From the NCBI GenBank assembly GCA_964035545.1, contig OZ037766.1, positions 30,230,274-30,294,273 of the forward strand: a DNA stretch of 64,000 nucleotides. Reading direction: 5' to 3'. This DNA comes from Bugula neritina (lineage: Eukaryota; Animalia; Bryozoa). Of the stretch, positions 40,401 through 59,640 are shown piece by piece; the stretch's first letter is position 1; each line of letters begins with the position of its first letter. The notes below the pieces were generated by a model. The model worked only from the letters and a program-made list of their open reading frames with translations, did not search any database and was not told where the DNA came from. Position numbers and translations under genes: made by a program.

Positions 40401-42330
40401 GCACTATGCAGTTACAAAAGAATATTTTATTAACTAATTATGAGTCATAGTGTGTTGTAAAAATCTAAAACTTAACTATGTATTATTATGTCTCGTAAGA
40501 CTATTTTTCAAAAAATTCCAAAGGGTTTTATTTATATATAACTCAAAGCCTGAAAGTTTTTTTTTGTCCAAAGTTCTTATTGTGACAATTAAAAGTCGCA
40601 TCATAGTTTTTATTCTGTTGAATTACTTCATCACCCTTCGAAATTATTTCTTTCACTATGATTATTATAGTTGCTACCTATGATTACCTAATTCAACATA
40701 TATTCTTATTGTTATCAATTTTTTTTCATAACTGTCTTAATTCCATTTTCAAAAACGTATTTAAAAATGATATTAGCAAGTTGAATAGTTAGTTAAATGT
40801 GGCTTCAGATGCCATACGTGCATACATTGTCACTTTTTACATAGGCAATCATTGTATTTCCTAAATTAATTATTTCTTTTTAGTTTAAAATGAACTACTC
40901 GATGGCTGTTGTGGTGAAGCTGAAAAATGCTGACATAGAAGATGTAATGGAAAGACTTTGTTTTGCTTGTCCAGGTAAATCATTTGTACAAAATTAAAAG
41001 TCTATTATGATAACAGATGATCTAAAAATAAATTGCATATCTTAAGGCTTAGTGGTAATATAATATACTTTGAGCACAAATTTAAATGATTAAAAAGCCC
41101 TGCATTGCTTACCTAGTATATTATCTCTTTACACATATTAGAAAAAGAAGTCATCATAATTTTTTTACTACAGAACATAGTCAAATTATTACATTTACTT
41201 TTACATGAATAATCAGTTTCTCAGTTTTTTTCTTTATCTTCATGAACAAGCATTAACTTTGAAGACCTAAAAATAATGCACACAATTTTGAGGTATTTTT
41301 CTTCTTAAGTGTTTAAAATGTTTGACAGTTGGAAGAATATTTGGACATGATGTCAGTATGTTTCCTAGTTTTTCATATGGTTGAACTTGATTTTTGTCAT
41401 TCTCCTATACTCCTCAAGTGTGGAGTCCTGAATGTACACTTTTACTACGCTATTGTTCAGGGTTGTTTTAATTTTACTCTGTTACTTTACTATATTTTAA
41501 TCAACAAACCCCTAATTTATATTGATGGTATTTATGGTTATATTTTAGTCAAGCTGACCTAACACTTGTTCAGTTCAGGCTCATCAATGTATGTTTGGTT
41601 TAGAAAATTAAACTGCAATGTGAAGTATTCAGACTAGTTACTTAACTAAAAAATGCACTAAATGCAAGGAAATATTATGTTAATATTTGTTACCATAGTT
41701 CATTTCAAACTCATACATGTGATCAACAAAATACTTCATTTTGTTTTGCAGTGTAATCAAGATGAAATTATGAATGATGAAATTATGGATGGCAGCCAAT
41801 TTATTTTGACTATCAGACAAGGACTACAGTTTTTATGGTAATTTCAATTTTTGAATATATCTCTTATATTATACATAAAATGTTCACCTTCTGCTTTAAT
41901 TTGCAGCCAGGTTTTACTCATGGCTGCTGTATTCAAGTCACCTCATCACACAGCCAATCTACAAGACTGTCATAAAAGTTGCTATTATATTTTTTCACCA
42001 ATTAATTAAAAGAAATAGAACTTCGGCTTCACAAGTGGTGTCACTCTCATACTCATTGTTTTACTTAATTTTGCCATCCTCCTATTCTTCACTGTATTCT
42101 TTTAGGTCGCAGTGTTCTGCACTAATCTATGATCTCTTTTGATTTTTAACCCCCATGTTTAAATGTTTTGGTCTTGCTCCCTTTTTCTGGAGTTTCACAC
42201 TGATGTAGCTGATTCCCTTCTTGTTTTATTGTTCTCTGCTGCATAGGTGCCCATATTATTCCAGCCTTCTCTTTCCCACAAATATAGTTACTGCATTTAC
42301 TGCCGCCCTGTCTCAGATCCCTTCATTTCT

Positions 42331-42835
42331 GGGAACGAAGCAATATTCCGAAGGCCCATTGCTCCGAAGGTCCATTAGTCCGAAAATTAGTACACACAGG
42401 CATCCTCACTGAGAATATCATTAATATCACTCACAATTCAGTTTAAGTTCTTGCTATATTATTGATCTGTGGGTGGCATGCGTGTTGCCTATTTGTGATT
42501 GTTTAGCCTGAGATTACACTATGATCAATAAGGGCTGTATCGTTTATCAACATTCCATTATGGCTGCTCCATAAACAAAGTACACACCAAGCTATTCATT
42601 AGCCTGTCACCTCGCAAGCCTGTAATTAATAATGTACCGTACGCATAATCATGTTGATAGATGATGTAGCAAGTAGGCAACACACATGCCACCCACAGAG
42701 CAATAACATAGCTAGAACTTAAACTGAATTGTGAGTGAAATTAATGATATTCTCATTGAGGATGCCTGTGTGTACTAATTTTCGGACTAATGGACCTTCG
42801 GAGCAGTGGGCATTCAGAATATTGACTAGTTACCC
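42331..42835. mobile_element. MITE / non-autonomous DNA transposon with terminal inverted repeats of about 165 bp
   Basis: 42331-42495 is the reverse complement of about 42670-42835. Termini are GGG...CCC. An 8-bp near-duplication flanks it: tcatttct (42323-42330) and tcattgct (42836-42843). Confidence 0.9.
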
Positions 42836-43820
42836 TCATTGCTTATGTAGCACAACTCATCTCCATGAAACCTAATTGATCCTCTAGGTACTAAGAACTA
42901 GGGGCTGTCTGCAGTCATAATTTATTGCCAAAAGACATTGTCAGTCAAATGCACATTTTATATCAGCATTTTCAATTTTGTTGGCGTCTTCTTGATGGAG
43001 CCTTACCCTATTTCTTTTTCTACCCCTGTTTTGCATACTCTGTTGCTATGTGTCACTTCAATGAAACCATCGCCTCAACTTATTTAGTTTGACTGTTGAA
43101 ATATATTTTGCTTTTACAGGTCTAAAAGAAAGTGGCCATTTGAGTTTAAGTGCAGCTTCACTATTGACAAGAACATCTACGTTAGAGAAGAAAAGCATCT
43201 AGCTATATAATCAAGATGATTTGCATCCTGATTGTTACGATACCGCATGGTTCTGTTGTCATACTATTGTTCTTTCATACCTTTGTACTTTTTATTGTAA
43301 AGAGCTAGGCTTGAGCTCTGTAATAGGCAAGCCTACAATATATATTGACTGACAACAAATATGTCATCTCTCTCCCACATAATCGCAAGGAGTTACATTC
43401 TAGTATTGGTTCTAAAAACTCACACCTTAGTAATTAGATGCATAGCACAAAGTCTTAGCAATAGGGAGTATTGGTAAATTTTCCACATGAGTGGTGAGAA
43501 AATAACACTAACTTGAGACCTTTCTAAAACTCAACATTGCATTGCAAATAAGCTATACTTATTGTGCTTTATTCAGTGCTAGCTGGTATTTTTCAGACTG
43601 TTGGCCACAGCAAAGTATTTTGCCTTTTTTTGTACACATAGCCTAATGGTTGATTTAAGAAAATTGGAAGCTGCAGCCTACATGCACTGCAATTCATCAT
43701 TCTCATTCCGAAATGGATTTCTCATCACCTCATGGAACTAATTACATAACGAAGGAAACCACAACTGATGAGTTACTGCAACTACAAATTCACAAAATGC
43801 TCAGTCATAGAAGCGAAGTA

Positions 43821-43983
43821 CACTGCGTTTCCATTATCGCATTATGCGAATGGATTTTTTCATTCGGCTAATGGGAACTAAGTTACATCCGATGAAACGC
43901 AACTATAAGTTAATGCAAACCACAAACCGCAAATAATCCGTACAGAATTCATTCGCATTATGCGAAGTCATGGAAACGCAGTG
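43821..43983. mobile_element. 163-bp MITE
   Basis: Terminal inverted repeat cactgcgtttccat...atggaaacgcagtg, with subterminal tcgcattatgcgaa at both ends. Confidence 0.8.
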
Positions 43984-45981
43984 ATAAAGAAGTCAATGTC
44001 AGCCCTGGTGAATATTTACCTAAAAGGCAACAAACAAATTTTACTGCACCATTTCAACAAGTTAAGATATAAAACGCCTATTCTTTTAATTTGATTGTTC
44101 AGCTTGATTTTATTTTTAGATTGTACCAGCTGGTGCAATAAAAATATATTTGGAAAGGCTTCAGTTTTATAGAGGAAAAGCAGTGAAATAACTTTCGTTT
44201 TACCATGCACCCCTAATCAACGCTCTTGTAGTTTAAGAGCTTAGGTTAATAAAGTTTCTCAGCTAATTAATCCCACCTGCACACATTTTTACACATAATT
44301 ATCAGTCGTCTCAGCACCATGCAATAGTTAGATTAAAAGGGTCATTTATTGACAATTAAAAGCCATAGTTAGCAGAGTAGTTAAAAGCCTTTTTTCAATA
44401 ATAAGTTTTTGGTTGCATTTTTCAAGTTATTCTTTCATTGTAAATTAAGATAAAAACAAAAACTGCAGGGCTTACCTACAGCCAAGTAGAGAAATTATAT
44501 TCAATATGCTGTCAAAGGCAAACAAACTATATGAACTATTATAATATGATATTAACTATGCACATGTGCTATGCTTCTATTTATTTTTGAATTGTGGCTC
44601 AGATATGCTAAATACTCGAACTGCGGTTACTTCTTTTTCTGTTCAGCTGTATAAGTCAATAGGTAGTATTTTAGGATTGAAGTTTTTTCTTAAATAGAAT
44701 TTCTATAGGGTAGTCTTTAGTATAAATTCTTTGTCTGCTAAAATCTATGAGCAAAATAATATTTATAGTACTCTGTTTTGAAAGAATAGCACACCATTTG
44801 GTACAGGAATTTGGCCCCTATAAAAATGCAAGTGTTGGTGATGGAAGTAGTAAACGAATTGCTACTGCAAGTGTAGAGTAGTGTGACTTTCAGCCATGAC
44901 AGAACGTACTTCAGAGCATAATGACATAGCATAACGTCAATAGTTGTGCATTACACGGTTTAGTTGCCTGCTGGCCCGTTTGTAACACATTCTGTTAGTG
45001 CAAATAAGTGGTAATCCAGTAGGCCTAATGGAACTGCATTCGTGAACTATTTATAGTTAACATATTATGTCAACCACAATATCATTACCCTTTGACCATC
45101 TTTGTTTTCCATATGCCTATTGTGAACTGCATAATGTTAGCCAACATGTTTTGTAAGCTTATCAGTTTAGCTATAGCTATATAAATGCTTGTAAGCTTGC
45201 TCGCACCTGGCAATACCATGGTAGGCCAACTGCTAGGACCATGACTAGTGCAGCCACAATTAATATAACCAACCAGCTTTCACTGTAGTGTGGCCATATG
45301 TTTGGCTTTGTTAATATTTTGTCAGAGTGCAAGTCTCAACTGATGCCATAAATTGCAATGTGAAAACTATCATGAATCAAGTAATATGTTGGTAAAGATA
45401 TGCAAAAATGTATAACAAGTCACAAAGTTATCTCAAAACAATCAGGGTTTCAAATTTCATCACTGATGGCCATAGCTCAAGCAAGTTGAATATCATTGCA
45501 ACAAAAAGGAAGCAACTTATTTTCTCCAAAAAATTTGTTATTGTAAAAATAAGTAAAACTAATTTAATTTTTAAAATTTACCTCTAATATTAGTTTAGAT
45601 CTTTTCATGATTTGCGGACGTAAACCTAAAATTAAGGCTGCATGCATGTTTTCTCAAACCAAAGTGTGTTTACCTATAAAAGATAATTTGACTTGTCAAT
45701 CTATTACCTAGGTCCTAGTACATCAGTGTATATTTATATACCATAGCTCTGACCGCTGGCTGTGCCTTAGTAATAATATACAAACTACAGTTTATTTTTA
45801 ACCGTTGGTTTATTTAATCAAGATACCTTTGCAAGTAGCAACAGAGTCATAGGCCAATTTTAAAACAAGATGGCAATCCACTGCTAGTAAACACCCTGAT
45901 GGAATATAACCCACTCATTTTTCTAGCTGTTGTTTATATCATTATAGTATAATCCCTTATGTATTGGCATTCTTCCTAAGA

Positions 45982-46075
45982 TGATGCATTGGCTTCGTGG
46001 TAAACCGCGTTTCCTTTGCACTCGTTGGGTATGGGTTCAATCCTCGCAGTCAGCTAAATTTTTTGCAATCTTGCA
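45982..46075 (+). mobile_element. tRNA-derived SINE-like head
   Basis: Pol III box A TGGCTTCGTGG (45990-46000) and box B GGTTCAATCC (46034-46043), followed by a T-run. No convincing acceptor stem. Confidence 0.6.
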
Positions 46076-48249
46076 TTCTTGTCAAATACTTCCACTAAAT
46101 TATTTTTACTAATTTTACACATTGATATGTGTAATAATAGTGATGGGTCAAATATGACTATAGTTGTAGAATTTCTTTCACTTTTTAAATAACACTCAAC
46201 AGGTGGACAGTGTATATAGTACATACATATTAGTTAGATACTGAACACTGGGCTAAATATAGGGTTTAGTTATTAAGTAAATATTGATAGTTGGTGCAAT
46301 AATGGAGAAATTAAGTTATGTACATGTTCTTGTGATTACATTTTTATTAACCGCACCCCACGCTAAAATTTGTTATCCAGATGAAGAAGGTTAAGCTATC
46401 AAAGCTTTTAAATTACTGCACAGAAGTGTAAAAATAGCAGCCTATTTCTTCTTGTTATATAGTGAAATGACATTCATTATGTATATAGGCATATATATAT
46501 ATAATTTAATTCTGTTACATCATATTTTAGCTTTAAAACAAGCATGTTATGTCCATTTGTTTATCACACCCCTGCAGTAAATATGTCAAAAATTCCTTAC
46601 TTTTGCTACCTAAAATTTCTTTTAAAATATAAGCAGCTACATAGAGCATTTTTTCAAGTTAGAAAATATGTATATATATTTTTCAACTACGTTTTAAAAG
46701 GAATACAAATATGTAAACCACAAAGCAGTGATTGTCTTCTTTCAATGCCATATTTTTGATGACACCAAGAAAGAAGGTGATAATGCAACTCCTAAGAGCA
46801 TGTGCACTAAATCGCTCCTCTGTCTGAGAGTATACCATTTGTATTAATGTATGAAGTCTTCAACATATATTTCAACTTATTTTTGCAAGTAACTCATGAC
46901 AGTAAACTATATGCTTGCTTTTCTTCATGTGTGTGTGCGTGTGTGAGTGTGTGTGTAAAAATGCAGCACTCATAATAGTTGCTATTTTATGAACAGCTTA
47001 CTATAGCTACAGTTATATGTAATTGCATAGGAGTGTTGCAAGTGTTTGCTAAAAGATGGTATATAAAACATGTCGACGAATTTGTTGTAGAAAAATTTAA
47101 ATAATTACTTAGCATTTAGCAATAAAATTGTTCATGTACAAATCAGAAACACCAAGTTGTATGCATATATTTCAAATAGTATATGCATGAATTTGCAAAA
47201 AAAATTAGAACTTATACTTTCACTATGAGTATATGTTTTATATATGTGCTCATTTTGTATATACTGCACAATATGTTATTTACAATGTTAAACCAAAATA
47301 ATCAGAACTCAATATAGTGTAATACAGGCACATCTACAATGTTAACAAATATAACATTAAAAACAAGAAACAAAATTGTTGGTATCTTTTACTTAATTTT
47401 TTACAAGCAAAAAATTATTCTTGCCGCAAACTAAATTTAAATGCTGAGGTTCGTAAAGTTATATGTTTGTTAAATTATTTTGCATTTGTTTATATTCTAC
47501 AAATAATTTCTACATCTTTTATATAATTGCGATATTTCTTTTCGTCTACTACATGCAGCTCATTATATGCATATGTAGGCTATATACAATGCAGCATAAA
47601 ATTTTATAATACTAAGCAAAAAATGCTATGAAAATAAAAACATTTTACAAAATGATATTATATTATGGTAGCAATAAAGTTGTAATAGACTATTATTTAA
47701 TGAGAAGACAATTATGTCTTTATAATGAAGATTGATAAATTTATAATATGAGCTGAAATTGAGTGAGAAGACAATTATGCTTTCAAAATACTTACAAGAC
47801 TAAATTCTTATCTAATAGCTACAGTATTTAATATCCTTTGTTCAGAACAAAGTCTAAAAGGAGCGGATTTAAATAAAAATTCAGACCTGCATTTGTTAAA
47901 ACTTTTCAATCAAAATTATTACATTATATTATTCTTTCTCATAACTCCTAGCTTCTAAAACCTTTTGCATGAAAAAATTGATTTAGAATGCAAATTACTG
48001 CTAGAAATTGCCGTGTTTTAATGTCAACCCTAACTGTATCCACCACTTGTTTTAGTTGTTACGATCGTTGCCTAACCAATGAAGTTGAACTGGTTGTACC
48101 TCCAGCCAATCAATTACTTATTTCAATTGCGCCTCATTAGGCTAGGATCGTTGACGAAATCTATATAATGTAATACAAATCCCATTACCACTGATTGACC
48201 CGAAGTTCTCTACGACTTTTATAGTGGTATAGGATAATAGATATACTGG

Positions 48250-48737
48250 CCCTGCCGTGCCCTGCCCTGCCCTGCCCTGCCCTGCCCTGCCCTGCCCTGC
48301 CCTGCCCTGCCCTGCCGTGCCCTGCCCTGCCCTGCCCTGCCCTGCCCTGCCCTGCCCTGCCCTGCCCTGCCCTGCCCTGCCCTGCCCTGCCCTGCCCTGC
48401 CCTGCCCTGCCCTGCCCTGCCCTGCCCTGCCCTGCCCTGCCCTGCCCTGCCCTGCCCTGCCCTGCCCTGCCCTGCCCTGCCCTGCCCTGCCCTGCCCTGC
48501 CCTACTCTACTCTACCCTACCCTACCCTACTTTACTCTACTCTACTCTACTCTACTCTACCCTACTCTACTCTACCCTACTCTACCCTACTCTACTCTAC
48601 CCTACTCTACTCTACTCTACTCTTCTCTACCCTACTCTACCCTACTCTACTCTACTCTACTCTACTCTACTCTACTCTACCCTACCCTTCTCTTCTCTAC
48701 CCTTCTCTTCTCTATTCTACTTTATTCTATATGAAGT
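48250..48737 (+). repeat. (CCCTG)n/(CTACT)n compound array
   Basis: Directly visible; inverted counterpart of 26780-27100. Confidence 0.95.
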
Positions 48738-49290
48738 GAATTAATATATAGTAGACTTGCACAGTATAAAATCTTAACATATTTTGTATGCTTCTCTGTT
48801 AGGATATCGAGTTGGAGTACGTACATTAGTGTTATTATAATGGCTGAAATATATTGTTGGATACATTATACCATCTTTTCCAGGATACCATGAAATAGGG
48901 GTAGGGGTTAATGATTCATTGAAAAATTTTATATTTCAATAAAGTGACTGCATGTTGAGAACGGCTCAGCAGATAAATTTTTTTTTATTATAGGCAGGTC
49001 CAAAAAACATCTTGAACACGTTTTTTTTTCTGGTTAAATTTAATTAGGGTCAGAAGACATGCTGTTTTACACTAAAATGTAGAATATCTGCATGATGACG
49101 CATTTACATTAATTCTGCGCAGCTACACACATATAATTGTGATTGCTTTATATAGGTTGCATGCCCCTCTCCTCATATGTTAAACTTATTAGCAGAGCAA
49201 ATGATATTCTAAGGCTTGTCAAAAAACATAATATTTCTAAAAGCAAAGCCCAATTTTGTCATTTAAAACTTTTAAATAGTCAAAATTTAC

Positions 49291-50020
49291 GAGTGGAGTG
49301 GAGTGGAGTGGAGTGGAGTGGAGTGGAGTGGAGTGGAGTGGAGTGGAGTGGAGTGGAGTGGAGTGGAGTGGAGTGGAGTGGAGTGGAGTGGAGTGGAGTG
49401 GAGTGGAGTGGAGTGGAGTGGAGTGGAGTGGAGTGGAGTGGAGTGGAGTGGAGTGGAGTGGAGTGGAGTGGAGTGGAGTGGAGTGGAGTGGAGTGGAGTG
49501 GAGTGGAGTGGAGTGGAGTGGAGTGGAGTGGAGTGGAGTGGAGTGGAGTGGAGTGGAGTGGAGTGGGGTGGGGTGGGGTGGGGTGGAGTGGAGTGGAGTG
49601 GAGTGGAGTAGAGTAGAGTGGAGTAGAGTAGAGTAGAGTAGCTAGCTGTAGAGTAGAGCAGAGTAGGGTAGGGTAAGGTAGAGCAGAGTAGAGTAGAGTA
49701 GAGTAGAGTAGAGTGGGGTAGGGTAGAGTAGGGTAGGGTAGAGTAGGGTAGGGTAGAGAGGAGTAGAGTAGGGAAGAGTAGAGTAGAGTAGAGTGGGGTA
49801 GGGTAGAGTAGGGTAGGGTAGGGTAGGGTAAGGTAGGGTAGGGTAGAGTAGGGTAGGGTTGGGTAGGGTAGGGTAGGGTTGGGTAGGGTAGGGTAGGGTT
49901 GGGTAGGGTAGGGTAGGGTTGGGTAGGGTAGGGTAGGGTAGGGTAGGGTAGGGTGGGGTAGGGTAGGGTAGGGTGGAATAGGGAAGAGTAGGGTAGGGTA
50001 GAGTAGAGTGGGGTAGAGTG
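49291..50020 (+). repeat. (GAGTG)n/(GAGTA)n/(GGGTA)n compound array
   Basis: Directly visible. Confidence 0.95.
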
Positions 50021-51109
50021 TAACTTAAGGTAATAAATAACAATTATTCTAATCATGTTATATATTAAAGTTTTATGGCTATGACTGAGAAAATTTGTGC
50101 TGTGAGGCCCTACACCTAATAGTTTTTTATTCTATAGGCTGTTTTGTAATTAGACTATAAGTTATTTTAACTATATATAAAGCACTACTATATATCCTAA
50201 TACTACAACACCACCTGTAAAGTTTTTTCTTGCACCAGACTGGGCTTGAGTACTGCACTTCACCTGGGCTAGGGTTTGTGCCCGTTCCACCACTGTTTTT
50301 GATTACTAACTCACTTTCAAAGCTAGCTTAACTCAGCTGTGTAGCTAGCTACTGTTAGCTATTATAACTATTTATAGTTATTTATTATAGCAAGCAAGTA
50401 GATGAAAATTAGTAATTAGTATCTTACTATGAACAGAACCACAAAGTATTTTGTATACCATCATGTTATTCTATACTCAAGTTCTGTTTTTGTTGTTGAT
50501 AATATCTTATAGTGTTGTAGTTTCAATGAGTAATGATACAATTTCTTGTGTAATGTTTTGTAATGCTATCAGTCCATCATTTATTATATAATAGTTAACA
50601 TTGCTTTATAGGTGTCATGGTTGTTTGGTTGGTAACGGTTGATAACTGTTGGTAATGGTTGGTTGGTTATATAAGAAATGTTGGTCTGTTGTATAATAAC
50701 AGTAAAGATGAAATTAAAACCGTGAAGTTGCGTTTTTACCTTTGATGAAAGGTATAAAGGTATAAAGGTATAAAGGCAACTTGAGTCTCTTGGGCCTAGT
50801 AATTCACTCAACTGGAAGACTGTGAAGTGAAAACTTCACACCACCTATGCATAGACATTATAAATGCTCAGAATAATTTGGATTCTTTTAATCTCGGATT
50901 AGCCAGTTGACAATAAGTATTATATATTGTCTAAGATCTACGTATTTAAATATATTATTTTATGGCATTTAATAAATATTACCAACCTAATTATAACGGT
51001 TTAGCAAGTAAATCCAATAAAATAAAACCACGCATTTTCAGCTTTAGTTTATCTGAAATAATTTTAGTTGAAAACATCAGCTATGCATTCATAAAAAAAT
51101 TTAAACAAA

Positions 51110-51755
51110 TTTAGAAATAGTAAAGGGGGTGTATCAGGAATAGGAGAAGTAGCAGAAGGCAACATAGGGGAGATAGCATAAGAGCTAGAAGAAGAGGTCT
51201 TGGGACCACAACTCAAATCTGCAATATATGAGCAGGAAAACTTTGTGCTATCTTTTGTCAGCCACCAACCTCAGCACCAAAACCATTTTCAATCACCCCA
51301 GCATCAATCACTGCAGCACCCTTCACATCACCGCCATTTATGCTACCTTTCATTACAATAGCACCCATTACACTAGCAACAATTACATCAGCTCCCGCTT
51401 ACACCAGCCCCTACAGCACCAGCTCTAGTTACGGCTGCACCAAAAACTGCTGCAACAGCAACTGCTGAACCAACTCTAGCACCGACTTCCACAGCAGCCC
51501 TAACACCAAACCCTCACACCATTTCCTCCACCAACTCCCCCCACCAACTCCCCTAACCTCCTCTCCCTATATAATAACCCCTGCACCAACCCCTGCACCA
51601 ACCCCTGCACCAACCCCTGCACCAACCCCTGCACCAACCCCTGCACCAACCTCTGTACCAGCCCCTGCACCAACCCCTACATCAACTTAGCACCAACTTC
51701 TGCACTAACTCAGCACGAACTCAACACCTGGTTCAAAAGAAAAAAGAAAATAAAT
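51110..51755 (+). pseudogene. Family copy F: decayed terminal exon most similar to copy D
   Basis: agagctagaagaagaggtcttggga is identical to copy D. Translation RARRRGLGTTTQICNI* has TGA at 51229-51231, followed by a frameshifted ccaacccctgca tail. The 3' flank 51755-52338 aligns with 21383-21852. The first Cys block is missing. Confidence 0.85.
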
Positions 51756-53683
51756 AAAAAATGCATTTGAAAGCGTGGCATCTGTGCGGTGGGCTGTATT
51801 AAATTTCTTCGATCAGTTGGTTGTTTTCATATTATGCAAATTAACATGTTATTTTATAAAACTATAATTATTTAGAAAGTTTTAATGTCAATACTAAATT
51901 TGCAGTTTTAGCTATGAAATAAGTTTTATTCGTCAATTGAAATCATTAGCTAAATTATGTAACTTTTTTACTACGCGCTTTAGAGGAATGCGCACGAGTA
52001 TAACGTCATCATTTGTTATAAACATTTCTAACTTAAATGGTCATTTCAAAAATTAAAAAATTTCACCAAAAAATTATACTCTAATATAGTACCCAGCTAC
52101 AATTAATTTCTACTCTAATATAGTGTCCAGCCACCATTAGTTTACACTCTAATATAGTGTTCATCCACATTTATTCTGCATGCATTTGTTACTCAGTCCC
52201 AAAGCTTTTAGAAGTAAGTTCTATATTCTTAAATTGCTGCTATATTTTGTTTGGAGCTGCAAGAAGATGGATTATAATGAGTTTGTGTCATAGTATGACT
52301 GTATTGATAGAGCACTATAAATAGCAGCTAACAACCAAGTTAAACCAGAAATAAGTAAACAATGTAGTGGATTCTGGCCACTTATGTTGTCAACCTCCTG
52401 GCATAGTTTACAATCTCACATTCTCTGTATATACGCTAGCTGCTATAAGTGGATACTGAAATAAAAGGGCTAAGTATTATGAGTACCATAATAAGCAATT
52501 GACTGAAAGCAAAACAATTGTGCATTTGCTAGTTTTTCTTTCTTGTTATATAAAAAGCATTTTATACTTGAAATTTGCACTGCTTAGCTTTAATTTTTGT
52601 TCTAATTGAAAACTTATTTCTGTTTTTAAAGATTTTTAAAGAAAATTCATCACCAATACTTATCTAGTTGAAAAAACTGTAAAAAGAAGAACTTTCAGTT
52701 ACAAGATTAAAAATGTCTTTCTTTTAGTTGATTAATAAACTGTTTGAATATAAGTTTATTGCACAGTTTTTCTAATAGGCTTATGAGCTTACACAAACTA
52801 GACTTACATCTTGGTGAGGGTTGATGACTGCTGGCAAATCAAATAAATATGATTGATTCAGCTGCACTTATAGAAGAATTCAGCTGAAGATTAGTTAAAG
52901 ACTCCAGCTTAAGATCAGCTAAATATCAGCCTACCACAGATTTAAACACTTTATCTTGATTTAGGTGACGAGAAATGTAGAGTTTTAATCCAAGACTTAT
53001 GGTTTATGTTCATTTGTGAACTAAAATGCGTCTGCTATAACGTGCCTCTGGCAACGCAAGGTTTCACTGTAGAATTTTAGCTTTTTGCCTACTTTACTTA
53101 TCTAATCAAAAACATTAACATATGACTAGACGAAAGAGGGCGCACAGATTGTGTTCACAGAGAGAAATATTAGTGCAGCGGGTGCACTAATATTGTTCCC
53201 AGCGCCTTTTATTGCTTTTATAGTCTGCACCACACCTATAATAGTTGCTAGACCTGCACTTATTTTGATGGTAATAGACATTTGTCAGATTAGTATAAGC
53301 TGAACAATATTTAGTTGTAGCTCTGAAACCACTTAGTTATTCTGTCAATGCTACTTTTAACAATTATTATGTAATCATCATCACTAGATCTGAATGAAGC
53401 TAAACAGTGGTTGGCGGAGCAAAAAGTGAGATCAATGCTACAACTAAATATGTTCAAGCAAAACTTTATTTACATAAGAATCATGGAACCATTGGCAGTT
53501 GTTCACCTAACAACATTATCCGTTCACATGTGCACTGATGATGACCACAAAGCTTAAAAAGAAGCTATGATAGAGTGAACACCCTAGTTGAACGCTATAT
53601 TTGGGTAATTTTAAATAGTGCTTCCCAGTTAGATGCTATTTATATATTTTCATGCAATTTATATATATATATATATATATATA

Positions 53684-59640
<5,957 letters not shown>

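Noticed and set aside
45982-46060. Functional tRNA gene
   Set aside because: The A and B boxes are present, but I could not form an acceptor stem or a full cloverleaf.
26762-50056. PCPAL, EWSGV and STLPY repeat ORFs
   Set aside because: They are translations of pentanucleotide microsatellites, with no sign of coding function.
53166-53194. 12-bp stem hairpin aatattagtgca-gcggg-tgcactaatatt
   Set aside because: It is isolated and short, with no supporting context.
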